Source: Amoebophrya sp. A120 (Eukaryota > Protista > Dinoflagellata). From it: a stretch of DNA of 64,000 nt. This document shows positions 35,820 to 47,256 of the stretch, in pieces. A program made the translations under genes and the position numbers. Every line of letters starts with the position of its first letter. Within the stretch, counting starts at the first letter, position 1. The notes under the pieces were generated by a model. It was given only the letters and a program-made list of their open reading frames with translations, did no database searches and was not told the origin of the DNA. Location of the stretch: the NCBI GenBank assembly GCA_905178155.1, contig CAJINV010000004.1:628629-692628 (forward strand). The letters are read 5' to 3'.

Positions 35820-38267
35820 ATGAACTACCTCCCAGAAGATGTTCATCCTAGCACGTGTTCCAAAACAGTGCGTGGGGAAGATGAAGAGAAGATCATGACG
35901 AGTTGCACTATTACTGGCGGACTTGCAGGCGACGGCGAGGAGGTGTTGATATCGAAAAACAACGAGAAGGAGGACTACACCACCTCTGGCTCTGGCCAGA
36001 TGAAAAAGCAGCTGTACACCATCCGCACTGCACTGCATGGGAGTAGAGAGCTGGGGTGCTTCGCGAGTGAACTCATCAAGCAGGGCACAGTTGTGATCCA
36101 AGAGCAGGCTTTCGCAACGATGTCAGTGCAGCGGGACATCGTGCCGCGCGTTTTCTCCGACCCGGACCTGGCTGAAGCCTTTGCGTCGATCGGGAGCAGC
36201 GGTGAGATGGACGAAAGGTGCTTCGAGATTCTACACGCAAAGCTGTTCGACGAGCGTTGTCCTGATATGCATTGCAAATATGTCTGGATCTGGAAGGGTG
36301 GGATTTGTAATGCTGTCCGCGGAGTCTAAAAATATCTGTGTTGCATGAGCAGCAAGAGGGGTCCAGTTGTTGGCACGCGGAGAGGGCATTTCTCATGCGT
36401 GATAAGAATCAAGACGCTCTCAAAAAATCTGTAATGCTAGGACCACCTGCATCACAGACCTCACGGGTCATGCACATGTGCATGACAAACCTCGACTCTT
36501 CCGGACCCAGACACATTTGCATTTGATACCTGAAGCGAAGAAGAAATACATGCAGCTGCACGACGCATTCGCGGTTAATGCGCGACCAATCGGTAGCTCC
36601 GAAGCCGAACATCATCAGCAGGAACACGATAGTTACACACTATGAGAGTGCACAACTCCCCGTGGCCTTGCCCCTCATTTGTATAGCATGAACGGCAATA
36701 CAAGCATCAGCAAAAATGCCGACTTTTCACATACAAATTTACACTGGAATATAGTGCTATTTGGACTACCAGAACTTGTCATGTAAGCAGTGCCATAAGG
36801 CAGCGACTGGAATGACAAACGAGAGAGAGGGGGAGTTGTGCTGTCATACAAACGGTATTTCTTTCAGAACGCGCCCGTGGGCATCTTTGGCCTGCAATCC
36901 GAGAGGGGCGCGAAGCTGAGCGGTACGATCGGGCGCATTTGTAGTGACCAGCCGAAAGTCAAGGAGGTTCTTGCAGATGAGCAAAAGATACAGAGCTGTA
37001 ACACGACGGACGAAAACGGTCAAACAACCGCTCCAGCCGCCTTTTCGTCCACCGCACATCAAACTACCCAAACACGAAAAGTCGTTGAGCGACGGTGGTG
37101 TGTGAAACTGTTGCCGTCCTCCGACAACATGATCTCGAGCTCCTACAAAGCCGAGGCAGGGAGGAGTTCCGAAGAATCGAGAGAAGACACCGCAACGGTC
37201 GTGGAGCGACTGTGGCTCAAGGAAGAAAACCTGAAGACGCCCGGGGGAATATGGAAAACGAACGCTTTTGGGGACGGCCGGGAGGGTGGCATTTTCGAGG
37301 ACATCTCGCGTTTGAACCACAGTTGCGAACCGAATTGCAAGCAGCGGGTTCTTATTCGATTGCAAATTTATATAGTGGTCTGGATCTGGAAACAAGTTGT
37401 GATGCTAATTTTGTGCGAGTGCGGATGATAGGTTCGTGGAGTGCCGGCTTCCAAAACGAGGCCGCGTCCAATACGAGGCCGCGTGTATCAACAAGAAGTC
37501 CTCTTGTGGCGATAACAACGTCTTGCTCTTGCTTAAGCCGCGTGACGAGTCGCATTGTTGCATGACAGGGAAATAACTCAAGCGCAAGTGGCAATCTCCG
37601 TGTAGGGCCGCGACGTGCATGATAATTTCGTTTCTTCTCGCAGCCAGGCCTTAGAAGTCGGGTAAAACTCTGCCAGACCCAGACCACATATCTGCATTCC
37701 ATCGCGCTGTGCGACACGCCGAGCATCGTTGCGACTCGGGACATATCCAATCGTGCAAACATGTCTTTGTCGGGAAGGTGCTGATGGTGAAGGTGCCGTG
37801 CCATGCAGGGCCCCCTGCTAGTAGCATGACAGGTGATGGTGCCAACCCTTTGGAAAAATCATGCATACTCTACAAGACGAGAAATCTTCCGCTCTGCTCA
37901 GCGTGGCCAAACGTGGGCAGCCTTTGCGACTCATGCATGAAAGATGCGTGTGCGTCTTTGTCTTTGACCACGGGTAAAGTAGAGCATCACAAGTAGTTTG
38001 CGCCAGCCAATAAAATGACCCAGACACGTTTGCACCTCATAGGACATCGCAGAGGGTGAGGAGCTCACGATCTGCTACACGAGTGAAGAGCTAAGGGCGA
38101 AAAAGGCAAGCGAAAGACGCGCGTGGCTCCTGCGAAAATACAATTTTCTGTGCTCTTGCAGGAAATGCACTGCTGAGTTAGCACCTCCCGCGTTGGAGGA
38201 GGATCAAGCGGAAGACTGCAACTACGAAAAAGGACCTGCATTGCAATTTGTAGCAGCTTCCGCGTAA
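35820..38267 (+). CDS. SET-domain lysine methyltransferase (SMYD-like SET/post-SET), 5 exons
   Basis: After removing 4 introners: ELGCFASELIKQGTVVIQE, TNAF, SRLNHSCEPNC, VATRDIAEGEELTICY and post-SET NFLCSCRKC; stop TAA at 38265-67. Confidence 0.9.
36266..36528. mobile_element. Introner, family A
   Basis: TAT..ATA; perfect DR cctga; frame restored. Confidence 0.9.
36641..36848. mobile_element. Introner, family D
   Basis: TAT..ATA; DR cacac/caaac; frame restored. Confidence 0.85.
37353..37703. mobile_element. Introner, degenerate family A
   Basis: TAT..ATC; DR gttct/gcgct; join leads into the SET motif VATRDI. Confidence 0.75.
37744..38041. mobile_element. Introner, family A-like
   Basis: TAT..ATA; perfect DR ggaca; splits the motif RD|IAEGEEL. 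Confidence 0.9.
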
Positions 38268-39151
38268 AACCAGAGACTTTGAAAGTATTGATCTTCTTCT
38301 GACTGTACAACATTTTACAGGACGAGCCATGAACATGATAAAATCGGAACAAGAATTATGGGTTCTTGGGGCTCTATCTAGAAGAACAATAAGTACACCA
38401 TCTATCGTGAGAATCGCCATCTTCATGTTCGCCAACAGAGTCACTGTATGTGGTGCAACGAGGAGGCCAGCATCTCAACCGGAATATGCTGAACCCGTCG
38501 TGATGTGTGACACCGACGAAGTTCATCCTCCTTTCATGGCTCTCTCCGCGCTCTCTTGTTCCTAGTAATGTAGAAAAAAGCTTGATCATTTTAGTTTGGT
38601 GGAGTTGACGGGAAATATAAAAACTTCGTTATTGTTTCGCTGCCGTGCTCCTTCCTGTCTTTCACTCGCAGGAACTAACTTTTGAGCGCGACCACAGGGG
38701 CAGTTAGAGCGCCAGCTGAGAGCAGGACATGAGCAGGATGAAAGCGGCACTCCTAATAAGTGCTGTCGAGAGTGGGCTCAGACGGATACAAGCGCCACAG
38801 TCGAAGGGCAAGAAAATGTTGGCGCCGACTACTTCAACAGGGACAGGGAGCAAACACAACCATAAGAAATGAGGGGACAAAGTGAAAATCATTCTGTCCG
38901 CAATACTGGTCGGACGCTTGGACACGAGCATTTTTCGCCGGATTTTTTTTCGCTATGAGTATAGTTTCTCTGTCACAAACTCAAACAAAATACAACTTGG
39001 TCCTTTTTTTTCACTTCTATTGTGCAGTGTGATACTTAGAAGTACGATTCGCAGCTGTAGAAGTAGTTGGAACAAGTACAGTACAAAAAGGCAAAAATCA
39101 TATAAGAATTTGCATTTCAAGCCCGTCCGAGCAACGGAATACCATACCAGA

Positions 39152-42100
39152 ATGACCTCGTCCTCGACGAGGAGGGAGTCACCTGTGCGCCCCCGCCGCA
39201 GTACAAGTGGTGCTAGAATCTATGAGCAAGTGGGTAACATGCTGACTGCGATCCTCTTTATCGCTTCGTGGGCGACGGCACCCTGCGCAACTTCAGCAGC
39301 GGCTTCGGCTTCGGCTTCCCGCCCCGCGCCTCCCCCGCTCCGCGTGCACCTTGTGCCGCACACCCACGACGATGTGGGGTGGTTGAAAAACGTGAACCAG
39401 TATTTTCTGCACGAGAATAACACCATCCAAGATGCGGGAGTGAGCATGATCCTGGACTCGGTGTTGAGCGAAATCAACAAAACGGCCGACCGGACGTTTC
39501 ACTACGTGGAGCAGGCTTTTTTCCAACGATGGTACGCCAACCAAAACGAAACGCGGAGGGACTTTTTGAAAGCCTTGATCAAGGCCGGCAGGTTCCAGTT
39601 TCTCAACGGAGGGTGGGTGATGCACGACGAGGCGACGGCGCACTTCCTCGACATGATCGACCAAACATCACTCGGGCACTGGTTTCTGCTGAAAGAATTT
39701 GGAGTGAAGCCAAAAATCGGATGGCAGCTGGACCCCTTCGGCCACTCCATCCTGCAAGTTGACTTGTTCGGGTCGAAATTGGGCTTCACGGGCTTGTTTT
39801 TTGGCCGAATCGACTACAAAGACTTGGAGCACCGAGTCGCGAACCAGGAGGCCGAGTTTGTCTGGACAAAAACGGCCGCACCTCCAGCTATGAAGCTAGG
39901 AAATCACCTGACAACACACGGCGGAGCAGGTCCGGCTCAGGGGAAAGAAGAGCTACGAGAAACTCATAGAGCCACATTGGCGCGGCAGTCTAGGTTGAGG
40001 ACTACAACCAGTGCGAGGACTTCAGAGATTTTCACCGGTCTCACCGGTAGTTACGGGGGCAACTACGGTCCGCCCATGGGTTTTTGGTGGGACCAGCTGT
40101 GCGATACAGAGACGAACCCGGTCTTCGATTTTAACCCCGACAAGACCCAGCGAAACGAAAGCCTGAACACCATGATAGTGGAAAGGTTCAAGAACTACAC
40201 GGCGGTGCAGGCGAGCCAGATATCCTGTGCAAAAGTATCGTATTCGTATAAATGCAAGTCTTGCATTACAAATCTGTTTCTTGAGGCACATCCGCATTAC
40301 AAATTTTATTTCTCACGCTGAGGAAATTTGTAATGCATTTATACGAGTACGATTATACGTTTGCAGTCCATACCAGACGCGCGGCAACAACATTCTAATG
40401 ACATGGGGATCGGACTTTTGGTACAGCAACGCGACAAAAATTTTCGTGAACACCGATGAGCTATGGATTGTAAAGATGTCTGGGTCTGGAAGACTGCAAC
40501 TTGTCATGCTGTTTTTGGACTCTAAAAACTAAACATTTGTATTGCTTGACCAGCAACAGGGGTGCAGTTTTTGCTACACGGACAGGGCATTTCTCTTGCG
40601 GAATGTACATCAGGAAGCCCTCTAAAAGTCTGCGATGCTAGGTCAAGCATTAGAGGCATGGTCATGGGTCATGAGAAATATGCATGACAAATCTTGCATT
40701 CTTCCAGACCCAGACACTTTAGCATTTGATATGAGCTGATCCGACGGATGAATTTGAAGTACAATTCGACAAACAGTGAAGACATTGAATCTCAAAGGGT
40801 CGAATATGAATGTGCACGACTTTCCCTCCCTCTCATTTGTCATGCAAAATACCCAAGCCAGACAGTGACAGACTGTGCCTCCTAGCATTGTTTGCATGAC
40901 AAGTTCTGGCAGACCAAATAGCACTACAATTTTGTGCAAATTTGTCATGCAGAACCTGCATTCTCGCTGGCGCTTGTATTGCCGTACATGCTATAAAAAT
41001 GAGGGGGAGGCGGGGGATTTGTGCGCTGTCATATCGAAGTATTTTACTCCACTATGGAGGACTACGTCGCCGCGAAAGAAGCAGAGGAGCGGGAGCACTA
41101 TCATGCTGTACGGCATGGAAACAGATCTCGATCTTCGTCTTCTCCTTCCCGCGACAACAAGCACGGCCAGCACTTGGTCAACAGATCTTCACCACAACTC
41201 ACGTCCACGTCTTCGTCCGAAACCAAATCCAAAACGCAGCCCATGCTGAAGCTGCGGCGAACTACCAGCAGGTCCTCATCCAGCGAACAGATGATGTCGC
41301 AGAATGACATAAAGAGCGACGATGAAGATGACCCACTTATTACTACCCTTTTCCCGAGCAAACAGAATACCGACTTTTTTCCCTACGCCGACCGGAAACA
41401 CGGCTTCTGGACCGGGTATTTCACCTCCCGACCGGCGGTCAAGCGCATGATTCGGCACTTCTCCAGTTTGTTTCAGGTCTTCAAGCAGTTTTCGGCCTTG
41501 TCGCACACATGGAACCCCAAGTTGCTAAATTTCGCGGACGCGCTGGGCATTGCGCAGCACCACGATGCGGTGACGGGGACGGAGAAGCAGCACGTCACCT
41601 TCGACTATATTAAGTGCAAAAATGTCTGGGTCTGGAAAATTTTGAGACTTGTAATGCAGGGTTTGCACCACCCAGGATGTCTGTAATGCATGACCTAGCA
41701 TCACAGATTTTTAGACGGCCTCCTGATGCCTATTCCGCATGACAAATGCCCTCTCCGCGTAGCAAAAATTAGAATCCTTTTGCTGCTCATGCAACACAAA
41801 TTTTTTAGATATCCAAATGCAGCATCACAAGTTCCAACCTTCCAGACCCAGACACTTTTGCATCTGATAGACTACGCCAAGCGCTTACACGCGGGCATGA
41901 AGAGCGCGGAAAAGATTGCGTTGTCTCCCGAGGTGCTGGAAAAGCTGCCGGGGTTTGCTGTGTCTCGTCCTGGGGAAATAATAGATGTCGTCCAAGTCCA
42001 AGATGAACGAGAGGGGGTCCACCTCCGGGTGTCTGCGCGTGAAGGAAGTAGAAGAAAAGCAAGCGAAGCACAGCCGCATGACGTCGTTTGGCAGAATTGT

Positions 42101-45100
42101 ATCCTCCGCAACGAGACGGTGTGCGGGGTGACGAAAACTTTTCTCAACAACACGACCGAAGACTTCTACTACACGAACGCAAAGAGGAGTCGATCAGCAT
42201 TTTTGCAGATGAAAATCTGGAACCCACTGCCGAGAAGTCGGGTCAGCACTATCGAAATTCCGGTACCCACGGCGAAACCTGTGGTAGTCAGCTGCGCGGA
42301 GGATATTGGGAAGGACAAAGATATCATAACGGCATACCCGTATGAAACGGAAAAACCGGTTTGTTAATACAGTTGCGCACTGCGTTCTTGCACGACAAGC
42401 AAGACAATATTGAGATCAAATGTGTAAGTATGTTAGGACCACCAAAAAAGGCAAAGGTGCTCAGATAGAAGTCTGATTGCATTGATTCGTGTCTTCTGCG
42501 TAACTTCCCTCTATTATGATTGTCGCCGCGATGCAAGTGCAAATTTTCCACCTTGCTACTTCCAAAGACCGTGCCCCGCGTAGAAAATTATGTCTTCGTA
42601 ACTGTAGTCGACTTTCATTTTTTCTTCAATACCCCGATCTCCTCGTTTACTACCGGTAACTACGCGAAACCGGCAAAAAACGCGCTGCCGTTCGTGCTCA
42701 GCTTCCAACTGTCCCTCCCCGGGCTTGCCTTCAAATCCTGCGTGGTGAGGGAGTTGGATAAAAAAACAGCGGTGGAACAAGTGGAAGATCATGCACGACG
42801 TGGACGGCATGCACATCAACCAGCAAACAGAGAAACGGGGCGAGGAAATACAAATAGCAGCTCCCAAAACCAAACTACATCTAGAGCCGAAAAGATCGAT
42901 TTGTTTCTGGAGAACGACTACCTCCAGGTTCACTTTTGCCAGAGCAGCGGGGAAATCTGCCGGATTCTGAATAAGAAAACCAACCAGACGCGGCACGCAC
43001 ACCAGCGCTGGAAGGTCTACAAGGGGATCAAAAATAACACCGTGCAACAGACAGGCGCGTACATCTTCCGCCCCAATCCGGGCGATAGCCAGTGGTTCCT
43101 GAAAGTGAAGAAGATTGAAAAGGTCGACAAGTTCGAAGTGCGGCAGGAGTACGCAGAGGGGTACGTGCAGCAGAGAGTTATGCATTGCAAAAGTATGGTG
43201 AAAATTGCAATCATGCATTACAGATCTGGTTTTCTACGTGAATCTGCATGAGAGATTCCTGTTTTCCTCTTGAGACAATTTGTTATGCGATTGATGTATG
43301 CTAGTACGATTGCGATAGTTTTGCAAAGATGCATAAGATTACGGCTACTCCGAAACCGGATCGAGATCACGCACATCAACGGCCCCTTACCGGATGCCAC
43401 GGAACTGGTAACCAGCTGGAATATCAAATGTAAAAATGTCTGGGTCTGGAAGAATGCAACTTGTCATGCTAAATCTGAAGCATGCAAAAATCTGTGTTGC
43501 ATGATTACCAAAAGTCGTCCAGTTTTGACCAAGTCGGGGGGCAGTTTCTCATGCAGGATAGGCATGAGAAAGATCGCACAGAATCTGTCATGCTAGGTCC
43601 TGCATTCCAGACCTCATGGCTCATGGAAAAGCTGCATGATATATCGCGCATTCTTCCAGACCCAGACATTTTTACATTTGATATGGAACACCGACGTGGA
43701 AAACGTGGAGGCGGAAACTGGACAGAATATCTTCTACACGGACGCTAATGGCCGGGAAATGCTGAAGCGAGTCACGGACGGTGGCAGGGACTTTACCCCC
43801 TACAACTTCACGGACGAAGGCGAACCCATCGCCGGAAACTACTACCCCGTCGTGGCTGCGATTTCGATAAAGCAAGAAGGGACGTCCAGATCGGATATTT
43901 CCGACGCTACACGACGCAATGGTGGTTCAGGTGCTGCCTCACGATCTTCAAAATCAAGTGCAGCTACCACAAGTGCTGACAATGCCACTGCGGGTGGACG
44001 AACATCAACTACCAACAATTACCAAACAGCGCCGGACTCTTCCGCGGCCGAAGTAGAAGATGCCTTCACCATCCTCACCGATGCGGCCCAAGGCGGAGCG
44101 TCTCTGTACAAAGGCCACCTGGAGCTGATGACCCACCGGAGCTGTTTGTTCGACGACGCACGCGGCGTCGGCGAACCGTTAAACGAGACGGAGTTCGTGA
44201 CTAGCTACGACCCTAAGACTGAACCAAACCCGGAAAACCGCGGGAGGCACTACGGCCGGCGGCTCCGCGTGGTCGGTGAGCATTGGGTGGTGCCGTTTTC
44301 TTCTCCCCCCGAATCTTCGGCTACGGGCGGCGGGGGATTTAGTACTTTCTCTAGCACAGGAACAACGCCCGATCATGCTGAAGGCGAAGCAAAAGTAAAA
44401 AAAGAAACTGCAGGAAATGAACATCAAACACTTCATTGGCGCGCACAGCAGGAAGAGATGTACGCGAAGCCACTGGTTTTACTTGCGGCTCATAGTCATC
44501 AACAAGCTAGTAGAGAGGATCCAGACCCAGAGAATGAACGCGTCGTGCTCGAGACCCCTCTTAACGAGGAGCAGCAATCAAGAACCGCCGACGCTACCGT
44601 TCTTGCAAGAACCAGCACTGGCGGTGCTGCTACGTCAAGAACGGAACAAGCAGCATCAAAGAAGTTCGATTGGGACCCATCGTTGCAGTTGCTGACGTTC
44701 GAACTCCTAGAAGCGGAACGGTTGCGAAGGATCGTTGCTCGAAAGGAAATAGACAGTGCAGAGAACGAGGCGACAACACGGGGCAGTCTCATGAAAATGA
44801 AAAAGATGAGCAACTCGCTGCCGCTAGCTGCAGCAAACGAGTACCGGCAGATAAACAAATCCTATCTCCTCCGTCTCGGGCACAACGGACTTTCATCAGA
44901 ATATCGTAAGAAAAAAGTGCTTCACTGCAAGGATTTTGCAAGTTTTGCATCACAGGTTTGTCCTACATCACAGAGAGAATTTTTCATGCGAGATTCCGAA
45001 GAGAATGGGAAAACAAAGCTAAAAATCTAGTGTCTTGCATGTGTAGGTGTAGCAAGACAAACCCTTCTCAGATACTTTTTCTGCATTACAAGTTTACAGT

Positions 45101-46262
45101 GAAGCTGTTTTTTCTTGCGATACAGAAGCAAAAAGCGTCAATCTGCTACGCGATTTCGTCCTGCCGAATAAATTGATGCAGTTGGTGGACATCAGATTCA
45201 ACAGAGCTGAGCCTTCTAGTACAACTTCTACAACAACCAAGGCAGCACTGGCATCTTTCTATGAGGACAGGAACGACGAAGACCCGAAAGAGCAGAAAGG
45301 AAAAAGGAAAACAAAGGCAAATGGCTCAGAAGGGGCACATGAAGCACGACCAGAGCAAGAAAGGCCACTACAGATGTTCGGAAGAAGTGGCGAGTTGGAA
45401 CTTTCTTCATCCCAGGTCGAACATCTTCAAACGTTGAAAGTAGAGGACGAGTCAAGAACAAGAACCAACTCATCTCTACCTACGACGATCACAATCAGCA
45501 TCTGGGAACTCAGTCTGTCGGCCAATCAACTGGCGGAAGACGCGCCAAATTGGATAAGAAACACAAGATAGGAAAATGCAGAGGCGTCTGGGTCGGGAAG
45601 ATCGAAAGACTATGGCATGTTGCTTGATTGACGGCAGTTGCATGAAGAAGAAGATTCACAAAAAGAAAGGCAAACAAGCAAACAAGGTTTCTTTGCCTGT
45701 CATGTTGTACAGACACTGTTCCCTAACCCTATTGTGCTTTCCATCTTTCATGCGGCATACGGCACATCCCAACATCATAAGTCCATAGCAGCCCAAAGAA
45801 TTTTCATGCTGGATTGCGTGGTCAGTCGCTGTAGTGTAATGCATCCAGCACCAGGACGAGTGAGGTGTGCATCACAACGTTCCAGACCCAGACATGTCTG
45901 CGGTGTATACGAAAGGAGGCGGCGAACAAGCGATCGGAAAGAAATTGCCATCTCCATCAACTTCCACGCTACAACTAGGAGCAGACCACGACTTTCATGT
46001 TGAAACACGAATAAGTTTTGATCCCCTTCTTGAAAGCATCACTTTGAATCCATTTGAAATTAGAACTTTTGGGTTAGCAATTGAATTTGATAAGATTTTT
46101 GAAAGTCAGGCCGTGCAGCATGAAGAAAGCAACAAGGGCAAAAATACCCCTTCGCTCCAAGGAAATGGAAGTGCGAAGGTGAAGTCACAGGATAACAGAA
46201 ACAAGCACGACGAGGCCCTGAAGAAGCAAGAAGAGATGAATATCGATATTGTGTACATATGA
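39152..46262 (+). CDS. GH38 lysosomal/vacuolar-type alpha-mannosidase, 10 exons
   Basis: Motifs HLVPHTHDDVGWL, NGGWVMHDEA, GWQLDPFGHS, FFGRIDY, WGSDF, FWTGYFTSRP, QHHDAVTGT, GAYIFRP, FYTDANG, DDARGVGEPL and ITLNPFEIRTF; all 9 junctions restore the frame. Alternative start at 39239 precedes a signal-peptide-like stretch. Confidence 0.95.
40221..40372. mobile_element. Introner, family C
   Basis: TAT..ATA; perfect DR ccaga; join ASQ|TRGNNILMTWGSDF. Confidence 0.92.
40462..40731. mobile_element. Introner, family A
   Basis: TAT..ATA; perfect DR tgagc; join DEL|IRRMN. Confidence 0.92.
40805..41033. mobile_element. Introner, family D-like
   Basis: TAT..ATA; perfect DR tcgaa; join RVE|VFYST. Confidence 0.92.
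41608..41869. mobile_element. Introner, family A
   Basis: TAT..ATA; perfect DR gacta; join FDY|AKRL. Confidence 0.92.
42341..42631. mobile_element. Introner, degenerate
   Basis: TAT..ATA; DR acccg/ccccg; weak TIR; frame restored. Confidence 0.7.
43179..43335. mobile_element. Introner, family C-like
   Basis: tatgcattgcaaaa / ttttgcaaagatgcata; DR agagt/agatt. Confidence 0.85.
43422..43683. mobile_element. Introner, family A (perfect 36-bp TIR)
   Basis: tatcaaatgtaaaaatgtctgggtctggaagaatgc and its exact reverse complement; perfect DR tggaa. Confidence 0.95.
44902..45122. mobile_element. Introner, family E
   Basis: tatcgtaagaaaaaa / ttttttcttgcgata; perfect DR cagaa. Confidence 0.92.
45569..45909. 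mobile_element. Introner, degenerate family A
   Basis: TAG..ATA; DR caaga/cgaaa; frame restored into the last exon. Confidence 0.75.
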
Positions 46263-46499
46263 AAATCAAAACACAGAGATGACCCGCGAGATCAACGAAT
46301 GTTGTGCATTTTTTGGAGCCGACATCAAAGCACACAGAGACAGACCAAAGAAGCCATGAAATTCCCGCCCTTTTCGGGTTGCAATTTTTTTCCACATGTG
46401 CATCATGTGTGAAGCGACTTTTTTGACGGGCGTTGTGGAACCAAGAAACACAAACGACCACCTAAATCTTCGCACACAAAAATAAATACTTAGATGCAA

Positions 46500-47243
46500 T
46501 TGATTCTTCTGAAATTTTTTTGCTTCATCGAAATCTTTCATCAGATCATCAGAATGTCAATCCATTGATTCATTGTATACCACCCTGATTCGATGATAAA
46601 TATTTTCAAGAAAAAATCACATCGAAATAAGAGGTCGTTATATTTGTTGGAGGAGATGAAATTGAGAAAATGAAAAATAAATTTTTTTGGGGTCGTGATC
46701 TTGAAGCAATCTTGCTCGGATTATTTCCAGAAACTAAAGAAGATATCAAATGAATCTGTCATGTGTTGTCGCTTAGTGTTGGTTATTGTTTTATTTTTTC
46801 TTAGTTAAATTCATCGAATCCGATTGGATAGAATCCGATTGGAAACATAGGGTGTTTCTCGGATTTATATTCAATCATAGAGTCGTTTCATTCTCATAAT
46901 CATATGGTTGAGGATAGAGGATGTATTTTCATCGAATAATATCGGGATTCTGGATCTGATTTAAAAATAAAATATTTTTTTTATCTATTTTGAATCGAAT
47001 CCCATCGAGAAAATCGAATCAAAATCTGACTCAGAAAATTTTTCCATCATTTCTCATACATCAAATCCCATCGAGAAAGAATCAATCAATCTGAATCCAT
47101 CGGATTCACAGGATATCTATTTTTTCTATTTAGAATCATCGAGGAATGATGTCGAATCATAGATAGGTCCAGATCCATAGATTTATTATTTAGAATTCCG
47201 AGAGATAGATTGTCTCATGGATTACAAGACTAATAATGATCAT
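46500..47243. repeat. AT-rich GAATC/GATTC-rich low-complexity block
   Basis: No ORFs; same composition as ~55050-55830. Confidence 0.5.
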
Positions 47244-47256
47244 TAGCGCTATTCTG

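Noticed and set aside
27449-36853. Rule that every direct repeat supplies a G or AG as splice site
   Set aside because: DRs cttcc (27454), cacac/caaac (36641) and aacca (56758, transcript sense) contain no G.
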